Of a stretch of DNA of 64,000 nucleotides, positions 44,229 to 56,276 are shown piece by piece. The notes beneath the pieces were generated by a model. That model did not search any database and had not been told where the DNA came from. It saw only the letters and a list, made by a program, of their open reading frames with translations. Numbering within the stretch: position 1 is the stretch's first letter; every line of letters begins with the position of its first letter. The translations under genes were made by a program, and so were the position numbers. Source of the stretch: Candidatus Bathyarchaeota archaeon (GTDB taxonomy: Archaea; Thermoproteota; Bathyarchaeia; Bathyarchaeales; DTEX01); NCBI GenBank assembly GCA_963714275.1, contig CAVQNT010000005.1:1-64000 (forward strand), given 5' to 3'.

Positions 44229-44539
44229 CTACGCTAGGAAGTCAGTGAGAGTCTTAGGCTGCTTGGGCGACTCCGCTTCAAGGAGTACCTATTCATCTAC
44301 GTTAAACATCGATAGAATCCTTAAAGCAGCTGGAACAACCTGGTTTGAAATATAGTATTCTTTGTCCACCTCATCGTACGAAGCGAAAACGTAAGGCTTA
44401 ACCCTTTCGTAAAGTTCCCCCATTCCACGAGTGACGACGTACCCAACCTTATCACCGACCGCAAGGTCCCAACCTGAGTTAATCAGCATTTTCGCTGCCT
44501 GCACATGAGGTGCGTTCACTTCGTACTGTTCTAGCTCAC
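44229..44539 (-). pseudogene. Orphan C-terminal fragment of a family B DNA polymerase
   Basis: PHVQAA...GDKVGYV...EYYISNQVVPAALRIL, an in-frame TAG, then PIP-like QPKTLTDFL; no upstream polymerase sequence. Confidence 0.8.
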
Positions 44540-44648
44540 TATTTAATATCATTGTTATTAAAAATGAATCTTTTCATCGAGTATTATGAGTAATTTAATA
44601 TTTATTAGAAGCGAAGTTCAGAAAGCTTATAAAACAATGTAAGAATTT

Positions 44649-47600
44649 ATGCTAAAGGGTTCAATAATGACAGTCCAAACGAAATGCCTCGTTGCCTTTG
44701 TTCTTTTATTCGCCTTAATCAACCTTCACATCGGTCCAGCTTCAGCGCAGGACACACCCCTCGTTTACGGTAAAGTTGTTGACGTCAAAACTGGACTGTC
44801 AATTTCTGACGCACATGTCGTTTTTTGGGACGCGGAGAAACTTGAGCCACCGACACTAGGCAATGGACACTACTTGACGGACGAAAACGGTAAGTACAGC
44901 ATCCCCGCTGGTTACTTGAGAGTTGGAAAAACCTATTACGTGTATGCTTTTCAAGGCGACTTCGAAGCTAAAAATGTCGAATATGTTCCCTCAAACAGGA
45001 GAACAATCCGTCTCGATACAAGCGAACCGCGGAACGTTTCGTTCTCGCTCTTCCCTGGTGCGATGGTTGAATGGGAAGGCACCGCTTATCTCGTTCAAGC
45101 CTTAAGCCCTGAGGACCGCGCCATAAAGATGACGGCGTTGTCTAATGTTACTGTTGAAGCCTCTTCGATGAGCGAATATGGAGATTCCGCTGAAATATAT
45201 TATATCAACCTAAGTCACAGAATAGCCATAATTCCTGCTGACACATCTGTTGTTTTGGAAGCAGAAATATGGTATTATTCAAGCGATCCGACTAGATTAT
45301 TTCCAGTTGACATGGAAGTTTTCCGTATTTATAATGGTTCGTTGCCCTTCTTTCTGCATCAGGGTGAACTGTTCTCTTTCAGAGTTCCGACATATAGTCT
45401 CAGAAGAGGCGTTGAATACGCTGAGAACAGGTATGTTGACATTACGTCTCAAGTGGATAGAGCGCAAAGCATCGGATTCGTCTTGTTTGGCGAAAGGCGT
45501 TCAATAAATCAAGCGCACCAATTAATCATAGAGGCTAGCGCCAGTCTGTCAACTGCCCGTACTGACATTGAATTTCAAACTGTTTGGCGAGACATACGTT
45601 CAGCGTTAACCACATTTAACGAAGTTTCCAATAAGCTTGCGATTGACCGTCAGATTGGTGAAGTAGGTGCTGCTTACTTGTCCGCTATTATGGCGGCTTT
45701 CAGCGCGGTGCTGGCTTTCTTTTTGTTTGAGGACAACCGAAAGAAATTTTACTCGAACATATTAATTTATGCAGCCTTTCTAATCATCCTATACTTCATT
45801 TACCCAGGTGCACACATAATTATTGACGAAAACTTCTTCCTTTTTCTTCCATCTGTTTTCCTTTCGTTTTTTGGAATAATGGCGATCGTCTTCGGAATTC
45901 CACGGATTTGGAGAGAAAGGATAATTGAGGGCGAAGTGTCTTGGAGGAGCGCGATCACCGTAATTTTCTCGATGGGGAAACGGGAAATAAAGCGTAGAAA
46001 GATACGGGGATTCTTCACCTTATTATCGATTGTTATACTTGTCTTAGCCTTCGTTTCCTTAACGTCATTCGGTTCGGCTTATGGTATGGTAGCTGATAGA
46101 CTAACTGCGACTGCACCCTCAGACGGCGTCATGGTAAAAAGAATGGTGAATGTAACATCTCCTCTTTCTAGTCCGCTAGGATTTTTTGATCCTACAGCGC
46201 TTGCTCAATGGGCAAGCATAAGTAATGTTGCGGAAAGACTCAAGAATCCTCCTGACGCTAACCCCGTTGTTAGGTTGGTTAATCCTAGAACTGGAACAGA
46301 CTGGGTAATTTACGGAGTAATGGGCGTAACGCCGTCAACCGAAAATATGTATACTGGTCTGAATCAGACAGTGGAAGCTGGCGGAAGATACCTCAGCAGC
46401 AACGTCTTGGACGAAGTTTTGTTAACGACTAGTGAAGCAACTCAGACTAGGCGTGGAACTTGGGCAGAATCTGACCCTTGATGTTTTGGGCACTGGAATT
46501 TCGAGGCAAGTCACGGTTGTTGGATTCGTCAACGATAATCAATACACAAATCTAATCGACATGGACGGCAATAACTTTGGTCCTCTTCGCATTGAAAGCG
46601 GGCAAGTAAGAAGATGCAATAACACCGAAGTAATTTTTTTGAACACTGTGACAGCCAAAAACATTCAAAGTCTGATTGATGCCAAGTATGGGTCAAGCGC
46701 GAAGCAGTTTGTTGTCCTCTCTGACTTTGTGTTCCGGCCCTCAGGCGGGATGAACACGGGAATAATTATTCCCCTTGCACGAAACCTCATTTACTGGTTC
46801 GCCTACGATGTTCTGGCTTCGACTAACGGAGTTATAACCTACTATCACATTGGTTCCTATTTTGAACTCAAAGGGGCAGCGGAACTCCTGATTCCGTTGA
46901 TTATGGTTGGCTTGAATGTCGGTATGGTGATGATGAACGCGGTTTATGAAAGAAGAAAGGAAATTCGCATCCTCTCCATGCTTGGGCTAAACCCAACCCA
47001 CATTGGGCTAATGTTCGTCGCCGAAGCCGTCATACTCGGCATGGTCGGAGGCAGCCTAGGCTACCTCATTGGACTCGGATTCTCAAGAACCATGGTGCTT
47101 TTCGGTCAAGAACTCATGGTCAGAGAGAAGCTAGAGTGGTGGTGGAGCGCAGCTGGCTTCGCGCTGGCAATGACAGCCTCAGTCGTGTCGTCCATTAGAC
47201 CCGCAGCGTTAGCAGTCAGCACATACACCCCGTCCATGGTTAAGAAAGTCAAAAGAACAGAAAAACAAACCAAGGTTCGTAGAGAAGAAATCTTCAAAGT
47301 TTACCAAGGAAGACAGCTGAGCATGCCCGTGAAGGTTCTTACAAGCGAAAAAGAGTTCTTCATCAGCTTCTTCCTTGACAGACTATACGAGCTTAAAGAT
47401 GGGTTTGTTGAACGCGTCGAAAACGTGGTGCAAGTCCCAGAAACTGAGGACGTCAAGGGAGAACTTGTGCTGGCAATAAACTTTGACTATGCCTTCGGAG
47501 CCACAGGAAGAGAGCGGGGAACCAAAAACAGTCTTGTCATGACGAAAAGCCCGAACGAAGACTATTACCGCGTCAGACTGGTTTCTGAGCCAGCAGTCAT

Positions 47601-47700
47601 GGGGTTACCCGAAACCGTGATCGAAAGAACAATCGATCTCATCCACGAAACCTGCCTGCTGTGGACAAAAGACAAAGGAAAATATTTAGGCACCGTTTAA
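44649..47700 (+). CDS. Large FtsX-like ABC permease with N-terminal extracellular beta-sandwich (frameshifted)
   Basis: Signal peptide, VYGKVVD..TG..I pattern, AVYERRKEIRILSMLGLNP. Confidence 0.85.
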
Positions 47701-47839
47701 TCCTATGGCATCTAGGATTTTTTAGTGAGTGTTAAGAGACAATCCTTTTTCTTGACATAAGGGATTGTGAGCTTATCGTATCAATTGCTGTTTGAACATG
47801 TACAAATGTAATTTATTCCATATTTTAAAAGTACACGGT

Positions 47840-49096
47840 TCACAGACGGTCAAGTAAACCAATCAGCTCGATCATGGCTCTGCCCGTGTGATAAGCTGCC
47901 TTCCAAGTGTGCGCCTTGTCGCCGACAAGTTTACCGTCGGGAAGGACAGTGTCGAACCATTCGCCGTTTTTCCAGTCTACTTGGTGTTTTTCGGTCCAGT
48001 CAAGAACTTTATCGAAATGTTCGAGGTAAACTGAGTCCTTAAACAAATTGTACATGTGAACCATCGTGACCAAAGCTTCAGCTTGTACCCACCAAATTTT
48101 GCCTAATCGGTCAGCGGGCTTGTTGAATGGTCCATTGTCGTAGATTCCGCCTTTTTCTGCGTCAGACCCAAACTCCATGCAGTAGTCATACACGGTTCGG
48201 AAAAAGGTGGTTAACACGCTTACGGGCATCTGCACCGCCTTACAGGCTTCTTCTATGAGCCATATGGCTTCGATGTTGTGTCCATAAGAGATTCTGTCCA
48301 CCTGAGGACCTTGCATGGGGCTCCAGTCGAGTTTGTGAAGGTCAGTACAGGCGCCAACCTTCATCCGTACCACAGTATTGCTTAGGATAAGGATTAGCTC
48401 AGTTAGCCGCTGTTTAACGAGAGGGTCTTTTGTAGCCATGTAAAGCACAGTGAATGCTTCAAGCAGGTGAAGATGAGTGTTCATTGTCTTAAAATCCATG
48501 CCGGGAGCCAAAGCCGTCTGCATGTCCATTTTAAGTAACGACCAGTCGGGGCTGAACAACTCACGGTACCCACCATATGTTGCGTCATACGCATGTTTTT
48601 CAATAAGGTTGAACAATTGTTTGGCGTTGTCAAGCGCTTCAACATTTCCGCTGGCAATTGCGTATTCAGAAATGGCGTAAAGCGCGAATGTTTGACCGTA
48701 CAGGTGTTTGAATTGTCTCTGGATGTGACCTTGCGGGTCCATTTCCCAGAAGAAGCCACCATACTTTTGATCCCACATTTTGTCACGCAGAAACCTGAAT
48801 CCGTGCTCCGTAGCCTGCAAGGCTTCTTTGCCTGCCCAGCCAGCCTCGTGGAGCTTCGAGAAGTACCAGACCATCCGCGCCTGAGAGACTATCATTTTCG
48901 GTCCGTCCCCCTTTGGTTTGCCATTAACGTCGTGGTTCAGGCAGTAGCCGCCTTTCTCCTTGTCTATTGTCGCGGGATACCAGAACGGCATGATGTTTTT
49001 GGTAAGAATCTTCTCCAATCGGTTTCTTGTTGTTTTTATCCATTTGTTAGAAGGAATTTTTGCCATCGGCTCATCAACCTCAAACAATCTTAACAA
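47840..49096 (-). CDS. AGE-family epimerase (cellobiose 2-epimerase-like)
   Basis: QARMVW, MNTHLHLLEA, SYGHNIE, WWVQAE, WKAAYH. Confidence 0.9.
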   Translation of the reverse strand: MLRLFEVDEPMAKIPSNKWIKTTRNRLEKILTKNIMPFWYPATIDKEKGGYCLNHDVNGKPKGDGPKMIVSQARMVWYFSKLHEAGWAGKEALQATEHGFRFLRDKMWDQKYGGFFWEMDPQGHIQRQFKHLYGQTFALYAISEYAIASGNVEALDNAKQLFNLIEKHAYDATYGGYRELFSPDWSLLKMDMQTALAPGMDFKTMNTHLHLLEAFTVLYMATKDPLVKQRLTELILILSNTVVRMKVGACTDLHKLDWSPMQGPQVDRISYGHNIEAIWLIEEACKAVQMPVSVLTTFFRTVYDYCMEFGSDAEKGGIYDNGPFNKPADRLGKIWWVQAEALVTMVHMYNLFKDSVYLEHFDKVLDWTEKHQVDWKNGEWFDTVLPDGKLVGDKAHTWKAAYHTGRAMIELIGLLDRL

Positions 49097-49178
49097 GTGT
49101 GTTCTTATTGAATATAAAACTTGATTGACGCTTGATATAAGATGCGTATGTTAAGAATCCATAGACTTGACATGGACG

Positions 49179-51018
49179 TTATTTTTGGTAAAGGTCTTTG
49201 GCAATGTGACCTAACCCGTATTTTTCAAGGGTCTCAGGGAGAGGTTTACCTGAGCCTGTCCCAGCCCATTCCTGTGTAGTAGGCGTCAAGCATTTTGTCC
49301 CAATCGTCTAGTAGGCTTTTGTCTTTGCTTGGACCCGAATAAGGGGTCGACCCGTATCTCGGTGATGGCTTATCCAAGTCTTTGCCTACTATGCCATGTT
49401 TGACATTGAAAGCCCTCAGGAGATGGACGATTCTTCGACCAGCAGTAAATGCTTCGTCATACGAGAAGTCCCATCCTGTTACTGCTGATAATGCTTGAGA
49501 CAGAAGCTCCACGTTTGTTCTCGAGTTGAAACGGCACACAACCAACGAGTCCTCAAAAATCATTCCTCCCTTGTCGTGAATGTTTGCTTCAGCAATGTCT
49601 TTCCAATATGGAGTGGACCTAATGGTGGGGGGACTCCCCAAGTTTCAAGCGTTCCCGTGTTCGAGATGACTGTGTCAAACATTTCAGTCCACCTGTTGCG
49701 GTGGTCGTGCCCTCGAGGCGAGTTTCCCTTCATTGTGTGAATAGCGAAGTTTGTTGCTTCGCCGCCTATTTTTTGGGCAGACCGCATCGCTCCTTCGCTT
49801 AGTGTCTCGCCTATTCCTTGCTTGTTTGCGATGAGGTTGAGAAGAAGCCTTGCTGCCTCAGCGTTTCCCCACGAGAGGTCAAGGTTGTTCAGTTGCTCCT
49901 TCGTGAGAATGCCTTTCTCGTAGCATTCCATGGTGAACCCGACGACCCATCCAGCCTCGTTTGTCTCTAAGCCTAATCGGTCGACCTCTTTACTGAGCAT
50001 CATCGCCGCATCAATGTCATCCTGCCCTATTTGTGACGACCAAGCTGCAAGCTGTTCATACTCGGGCTCTTCCAAAACCTCGCCAATGTACGGTCCTTCA
50101 GTAATCTTCATCATGTCGCAGTGATGAAGCTGGCAAGCCCAACAAGAGTTTCTGCCGATGGAGTATTGTCCCCTAATGTATTCGGCGCCAAACTTCTGCA
50201 ACTTGGTTTCACCAATTTTCCACATGCTTGTTGTGTAGTTTTTCACAGGTAGCACGCCAGTACCAACGTTTGGAGGAATGTTCCAGAGGGTCCCATAATT
50301 GTAAAGCATCTTGTTTTGTTCCTTAACGTTTTCAACCAGTTTCTTAGCGATCTCTCGAACCCTGTTGGGGTTCTTTATTGAGATTTTTTCTTTGTCCCTT
50401 CTGATGGCTATCGCCTTAAGGTTCTTTGACCCCATTACCGCTCCAGATCCATTATGAGAAGCTCGAGTGCCCGTAATCAAAAAATACGCCAGCAAACTTG
50501 ACAAGGTTCTCCCCAGCTGGACCGATTGAGGCAACAGCCATGTCCCGTTCTCTGCACCCGTGGGCATGTTTCACAAGGTCCGCGGTTTTGTAAGTGTCCA
50601 TTCCTTTGAGCCATTCAGCGTCTTTTAGATCCGCAGATTCAGAGTCTATGTAAAGATACTTGGGGCTCTCGACTTTTCCGTGGATTACTATGCCATTTAA
50701 TCCGCACAATCTAAGGTAAGCTCCGAAATACCCGTTTGCTTGGCTGCATCCAGCGCCGTTGGTGAGAGGACCTTTTGTTACGACCGAGACTGAGCCTGAA
50801 CCTCCAATCGGGGTAGCATTAAGTGGACCAGCAGCGATAATCAGTCGGTTCTCTGGATTAGACCATTCAATTTCCGCTGAGACTTCGTCGTAAAGAATCT
50901 TGGCTCCTAATCCTGTGTCTCCAATGAACTGTCTTAAAATTTTCTCAGGCAATTTTTGCCTTTCCACTTTGTTTTTACTTAGGTCAACTTTTAGGATGCT
51001 TCCCTCGTAGCCCGTCAT
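49179..51018 (-). CDS. Aldehyde ferredoxin oxidoreductase-family protein (frameshifted)
   Basis: SIGPAGEN, GAVMGSKNLKAI, EPEYE, DSLVVC. Confidence 0.92.
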
Positions 51019-51085
51019 TTCTTGAACACAAACCAAAAATGCTAACCGAAGCCATAAATAATTAACGTTTACCGAGGGATCATGT

Positions 51086-51301
51086 TTGAAGGTTAAACGG
51101 GAAGGCGCAAAAATCATTGTCACTTGGCAAAGAACAAAAACTGAAGACGCTGAAAAAGCAAAAGAACTTTTCACTAAGCTTACACGAGAAGGATGGCTTG
51201 CGTTCCTGTTTTTGGGCGATGAGAACCGTCAACAAAGAGTTCTTGAATTTAACCCAGAACACGGAAGGCTTCGGTTCATACCGCTTTCTGAAGGCGGTTA
51301 A
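51086..51301 (+). CDS. Small hypothetical protein ending in Gly-Gly
   Basis: 71-aa ORF ending LRFIPLSEGG, divergent from the AOR gene. Confidence 0.65.
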   Translation: MKVKREGAKIIVTWQRTKTEDAEKAKELFTKLTREGWLAFLFLGDENRQQRVLEFNPEHGRLRFIPLSEGG

Positions 51302-51414
51302 TTTTTGTGTAACAATATGTTTCGTTGAAGACTTCGAAACCAAATATTTATATGACAAGTCTGAAGGATATCGTTCGGGACAGAAACTAAAGCGTATGTT
51401 GGAAGGGTGATTGT

Positions 51415-52270
51415 ATGGTTATTGCAGTAATAGGTGCAGGTGTCATCGGTAGCGCTGTGGCAAAAGCCTTGGTTCAAAACGTTGTAGCAGACAAAATTGT
51501 CGCGACTGATAGTCGGGTAGAACAGCTTGTTGAGCTCAAAAAGGTCGGCGTCGAAACAATGACGGATAACAAAAAAGCCGCATCAACCGCAGACACAGTA
51601 ATACTTTGCGTGAAGCCAAAAGACGTTAAGGCTGTCCTCGCAGGAATTCGAAACGAAATCAAAGATAAACTTGTATTATCAATGGCTGCTGGCGTCAGCC
51701 TATTTTTGCTGGAGAAAGGTGCCCCGAAAGCGAGGTTCGTTAGAGTCATGCCTAACCTGGCAATCCTCGTGCGCGAATCTTTCATAGCTTACTGTGCAGG
51801 AACCAATGTTACTAGTAAAGACAAAGATGCAATAAAGAAAATTTTGGGCACGATGGGAACCTTTGTTGAAGTTGAAGAGGACAAAATGGACGCTATAACA
51901 GCTCTTAGCGGTTGCGCCCCCGCCGTTCTAGCAACATTAACAGAAGCAATAGTCGAGGGCGGAATTGAGGCTGGACTGCCCCCAGATTTGGCTTTAGCTG
52001 CTTCTGCTCAATCTATGGTTGGAACTGGCAAGCTGTTGCTCGAAGCGAAAAAGTCTCCAGTCTGAAATTACTAGAATGGTTGCTACGCCAGGCGGAGTGA
52101 CAGAGGAAGAGCTTATGGAGCTGGCAAAGTTTCCCTTACAGCAAGCTTTCATTTGTTCTTTACAGGCGGGGACTGAAAAATCCAAAAGAATAACTCAGAT
52201 TCTAGTCTGCGGAAGACCAGTGAAAAATGGGTTATTAATTGTCGACTTAAACTCTGTCGGTTTTCATTAG
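51415..52270 (+). CDS. proC: Pyrroline-5-carboxylate reductase (frameshifted)
   Basis: IGAGVIG, RVMPN, TALSGCAPA, VATPGGVT. Confidence 0.9.
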
Positions 52271-52798
52271 GTCCCGAAGTCTCTCGACGCCTTGAATCTG
52301 CTTTATGTATCCTGCCACGCTTTTAGGAAGAAGGGTCGTCCAGCTTTTGTCCTGAACCATTCTTTCCCTAATCTCGGTTGAGGAGCACTGTTCCCTTTTG
52401 AAGAACGGAATTGCTTTGACGTCGAAGTTCGATTCTATGAAGAGTCTCCGCGTCAAGGATTCATTTGAATAGACAACGTTGAATTTTGGTACCAGCGAAC
52501 AGACGTGGGAGACCCAGATTCCGTGAATTTCGAGGTCAGCAACAGGAATAATGTAGAATCTGGATGGGTCAACGCTTGCTTCGTCAAGCGCCATCCTTAT
52601 CATGGTGATTCTCTCGCCTGCCGTGAAAGGGTTCCTCAACGTGTGGCTTTCAAGGGCGCTTCCAACCATGATGATGATTTCGGATGAGTTTTCAAGGATA
52701 TGTTGAACAGCTTCTAGGTGCCCGAGGTGAAAGGGTTGAAACCGACCCGGATACAAAGCTCTTTCAAACTCTTTTTTCGTGTAAGGAGAACTGCTCAT
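52247..52798 (-). CDS. Nicotinamide-nucleotide adenylyltransferase (NadM-like)
   Basis: GRFQPFHLGH, NPFTAGER, SSTEIR. Confidence 0.92.
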   Translation of the reverse strand: MSSSPYTKKEFERALYPGRFQPFHLGHLEAVQHILENSSEIIIMVGSALESHTLRNPFTAGERITMIRMALDEASVDPSRFYIIPVADLEIHGIWVSHVCSLVPKFNVVYSNESLTRRLFIESNFDVKAIPFFKREQCSSTEIRERMVQDKSWTTLLPKSVAGYIKQIQGVERLRDLMKTDRV

Positions 52799-53064
52799 TC
52801 CATCGCCACCATTACCCAGAGATTAATCGACAGAGAATGTTATGTTCGAGATTTATTACTTTTGCCAGAAAATTCGGTCAGACCGCAAATCCGCAGCTTT
52901 TCCACTGATTCTTATTATATAGGAAAATTCTGCGTAGTCACGGAAATTGAAAAATCGATGATAAATTGATGAAATACTATATTATAAAAATTCTACCTCA
53001 CTGAACAGACTCTTACCTATGTTTGCGCCATAAAACAAACCTAAGCTTTTCTGCATCGACAGTT

Positions 53065-53164
53065 ATTGTCACACAAACGGAAAAACCTATTGTCACACAA
53101 AACAGACAGGCCTAAGACGGCATTGTTTGTTGTTCAAAAAAGCAGATTCAGTTGTTGTTCAAAA
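53065..53164 (+). repeat. Dispersed intergenic repeat, copy 3
   Basis: Two TTGTCACACAAA and two TTGTTGTTCAAAA units; aligns with the reverse complement of 27428-27527. Confidence 0.8.
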
Positions 53165-53282
53165 ACCTGATGGATGTCAATATAAAGATAATAAAATATT
53201 AATAATAAAATTTAAACCTCAAACCCAAACTAACTCTCTTTCAATCTCTCTTTAAAAAAAGAAACATCGGCTTAGAAGAATT

Positions 53283-53402
53283 TTATTTTTTATCTGGTAG
53301 AATTACGACTTTGCCTTGTTTGCACTTCTTGATATATTCCGCAATATGTTTCTCGGCTTTTCCACGTTGCCTTCGCCTTGCGAATCCTTCTCCTTCTGTC
53401 AT
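53283..53402 (-). CDS. Possible 39-aa basic peptide
   Basis: MTEGEGFARRRQRGKAEKHIAEYIKKCKQGKVVILPDKK with GAAGGA upstream. Confidence 0.3.
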   Translation of the reverse strand: MTEGEGFARRRQRGKAEKHIAEYIKKCKQGKVVILPDKK

Positions 53403-53617
53403 TTCCTTCGCCTTAAAGTTTTCATCGGGGATGAGAATGAGAAATTAACTACATATGAGGATAAAACTTTTTTGCCAAATCTGATTTTTCTTCCATCCCA
53501 TTACATAATAATTTTCCCATTATATGGTTTTTTCCAATAAGACATTGCTTCATAAAAAAAGATGAATGTAGCAGGAAGAAGTCCGTTAAACCTTATTATT
53601 AATAATAATAGGATTTT

Positions 53618-54377
53618 GTGAATGCAGCTTTTGTTGGCGAAAATGTTTTAACTTTGGCGAAAAGACTACTTTCGGTTCTGACGATGAGGGTCTCATCAAA
53701 AAAAATTGCGCTCGTAAGCGTCTTCGCAGCCTTGCACGCCGTGTTGTACCTGCCATCTTTTGAGCTTTGGCGAAGCTGGAGCATCTACTTAGAACCCGTT
53801 GAAGGAATAATCCTGGGTCCGTGGGTAGGATTCGCCTCCGCCTTTGTGGGAAGCATGGTTGCTAGGGCAGTTAAACCTTCAGAATTGTGGTTGTTCGGCG
53901 TAATCGCTGAACCCTTAGGCGTAATGGCGTGCGGGTTCATTGCGAAGAAACAGTGGAAGCCTCTGCTGGCGATTTACGTTTTCATGTTGGGAGCATACTT
54001 CGCGCATCCTTTTGGGAGGAGGTTTCCACTCTGGACCATTCTGGACATCCTAGGCTGCGTTGGTGCTTATTTTCCCAGTGACGATGATGAGTAAAAGGTT
54101 ATTCGAAGAAAACAACCGTTTCCTTCCCTTCACCTTTCCCCTTGTCGCCTTTATTGGAACGGTGACGGACGCTTTAACAAGAATTTTTTTGTTGGTACCT
54201 GTCGGTTTGTATACTGTTTTCGGTTGGCCAGCGGAAACGGTCTATTCCATGTTCATTTTAGGAGCAGCCGACTCATACATCGAAGATATCCTGGTCATAA
54301 CAGTCTCGTTCATAATTGGTGCACCCTTGATTGCGGCTCTAAAAAAAGTACTTGCGTTAAAACAGCCTTTGAGCTAA
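53618..54377 (+). CDS. Membrane protein, ECF S-component-like (frameshifted)
   Basis: IALVSVFAAL...GIILGPWVG pattern, multiple TM segments. Confidence 0.6.
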
Positions 54378-54533
54378 AGAATAAAGAATCTGTAGAAGCC
54401 TAAAATCGAATCCACCTCTTAAACAGCTGATTTTAGATAAAGCGGTCTTAGTAAAACAGAGTTTCTTTAAATATCGCGGGATAATTCTTATAAACCACCA
54501 TGCATCTGTTGAATGAAAGTCGGTGAATGCGTA

Positions 54534-55007
54534 TTGCCAAAATGGGGATACTCCGTGATAGGGTTAGACCCTGAAACGACCGTTAAGGCCAGCGGAAGAG
54601 AGCTAAAAGTATCGCCTAAAGCAGCAGTTGAAGTGTGCACGGCAATCAAGGGAATGAAGCTCGACGAAGCCAAAACGTTCCTCGAGCAAGTCCAAAAGAA
54701 AAAGAAAGCAGTCCCCTATAGAAAACACAGAAAGACGCTTCCTCACCGAAAAAACCTCCAAACAATCGCTGCTGGAAGATACCCCGTTAAGGCGGCAGGC
54801 AAAATTTTAGAAGTTCTCGAAAGCGCCGAATCAAATGCCATGTTCAAAGGCTTAGACACTGAACGTTTGAAAGTGGCTCACGCTGCAGCTTATCCCGGAA
54901 TTAAGGTGGAGAGGTTTATTCCCAGAGCCATGGGGAGGGCGACACCTCGGAATGACATCTTGTGCCATGTGGAAATTGTTTTAGAACAGGTGGGAGGAGA
55001 AGTTTAA
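54534..55007 (+). CDS. rpl22: 50S ribosomal protein L22
   Basis: VSPKAAVEVC, GRYPVKAA, PRAMGRA. Confidence 0.95.
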   Translation: MPKWGYSVIGLDPETTVKASGRELKVSPKAAVEVCTAIKGMKLDEAKTFLEQVQKKKKAVPYRKHRKTLPHRKNLQTIAAGRYPVKAAGKILEVLESAESNAMFKGLDTERLKVAHAAAYPGIKVERFIPRAMGRATPRNDILCHVEIVLEQVGGEV

Positions 55008-55781
55008 TTGTCTTCCATTAAACATTTTATTGAAGAATCAATCAGAAAAACGGGCGTAGACGAATTTTTGTGGAAAGAATTTGAAAGAGCAGGCTACGGA
55101 GGCGTAGACATAACAAGAACTCCGCTGGGCACAAACATAGTCGTCTACGCGATGCGTCCAGGTATAATCATAGGACGAGGGGGTACAACGATAAAAAATC
55201 TAGCACAATCATTAGAAACCAATTTCGGATTACCTAACCCACAAGTCTCGGTAGCAGAAATCGAAGTCCCCGAACTAAACGCTCAAGTTATGGCTTCACG
55301 AATCGCGTCCACTCTTAAACGGGGCGTGCATTTCCGCAGGGCAGGTTTCTGGGCACTCACCCAAGTAATGGAAGCAGGAGCGTTAGGAGCCGAAATAATC
55401 ATAAGCGGAAAACTGAGGACTGAACGAGCCAGAAAAGAAAAGTTCCGCCAAGGATTTGTACCAAAAAGCGGAGAGCTCGCTATAAAGTACGTAAGAAGAG
55501 CAGTTGTTCACTGTCAAATGAAACCAGGAATATTCGGCATTAGAGTTTCAATAATGCCTCCAGGAATTGAATTTCCCGATCAAGTCAAGATACTGGAAAT
55601 AGAACCCGAACCGCAACCTCCAAAAGAAATTGTTAAAACACCCGAGACAACATCTGAAGAAAAAGCTGAGAAAACAGAAGAGGTTACTCAAGGGCAAGAG
55701 GAACAGTCAGAAGATGAAACTTCGTCTGAAGAAGCATCTAAAGTTGACACTGAACCCCAAGAGAAGGAGAGCGAAGCCTAG
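55008..55781 (+). CDS. rps3: 30S ribosomal protein S3
   Basis: RPGIIIGRGG KH domain, GAEIIISGKL. Confidence 0.97.
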   Translation: MSSIKHFIEESIRKTGVDEFLWKEFERAGYGGVDITRTPLGTNIVVYAMRPGIIIGRGGTTIKNLAQSLETNFGLPNPQVSVAEIEVPELNAQVMASRIASTLKRGVHFRRAGFWALTQVMEAGALGAEIIISGKLRTERARKEKFRQGFVPKSGELAIKYVRRAVVHCQMKPGIFGIRVSIMPPGIEFPDQVKILEIEPEPQPPKEIVKTPETTSEEKAEKTEEVTQGQEEQSEDETSSEEASKVDTEPQEKESEA

Positions 55782-55997
55782 ATGCCGATGAAGAGGATGC
55801 GGGAAATCCGCGAGATTTCGGACGAAGAACGTTTAAAGCGGCTTTCTGAGCTGAAAACTGAGCTTGTGAGAATGAAAACTATGGTGAAGGCTGGAGGAGC
55901 AATTGAGAATCCTTCTCGGATTCGTGAACTCCGAAAAACGATTGCCCGCATCAAGACTGTGATGAACGAAAAAACGGAAAGAGGTAAACAAGAATGA
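55782..55997 (+). CDS. rpl29: 50S ribosomal protein L29
   Basis: NPSRIRELRKTIARIKT. Confidence 0.95.
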   Translation: MPMKRMREIREISDEERLKRLSELKTELVRMKTMVKAGGAIENPSRIRELRKTIARIKTVMNEKTERGKQE

Positions 55998-56276
55998 CCG
56001 TTACGCCGACAATTCTTCAACATGAGTTTATTGGTCTCGAAGCAAAAGTCGTACGTCAGCTCAAATCAGAGTCAGATAGGAATACGGGGGAAAGTCTTGA
56101 ACGAGACCCAAAAGACTTTGATAATATCACATAACGACAAAGAAAAACGCATAATCAAGGGAACATCAACGTTCCAATTCACGTTTCCTGACAAAACCGT
56201 GATTGAAGTAGAAGGCAAAGTCTTGGTTGGACGACCAGAAGACCGTGCCAAAAAAATTGTAAGGAGAAATTGGTGA
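55994..56276 (+). CDS. rnp1: RNase P protein subunit Rpp29 (frameshifted)
   Basis: HEFIGL, GKVLNET, GRPEDR; conserved operon position. Confidence 0.88.

Noticed and set aside
53593-53608. TTATTATTAATAATAA palindrome or riboswitch upstream of the ECF-like gene
   Set aside because: Low-complexity AT sequence with no recognisable riboswitch consensus.
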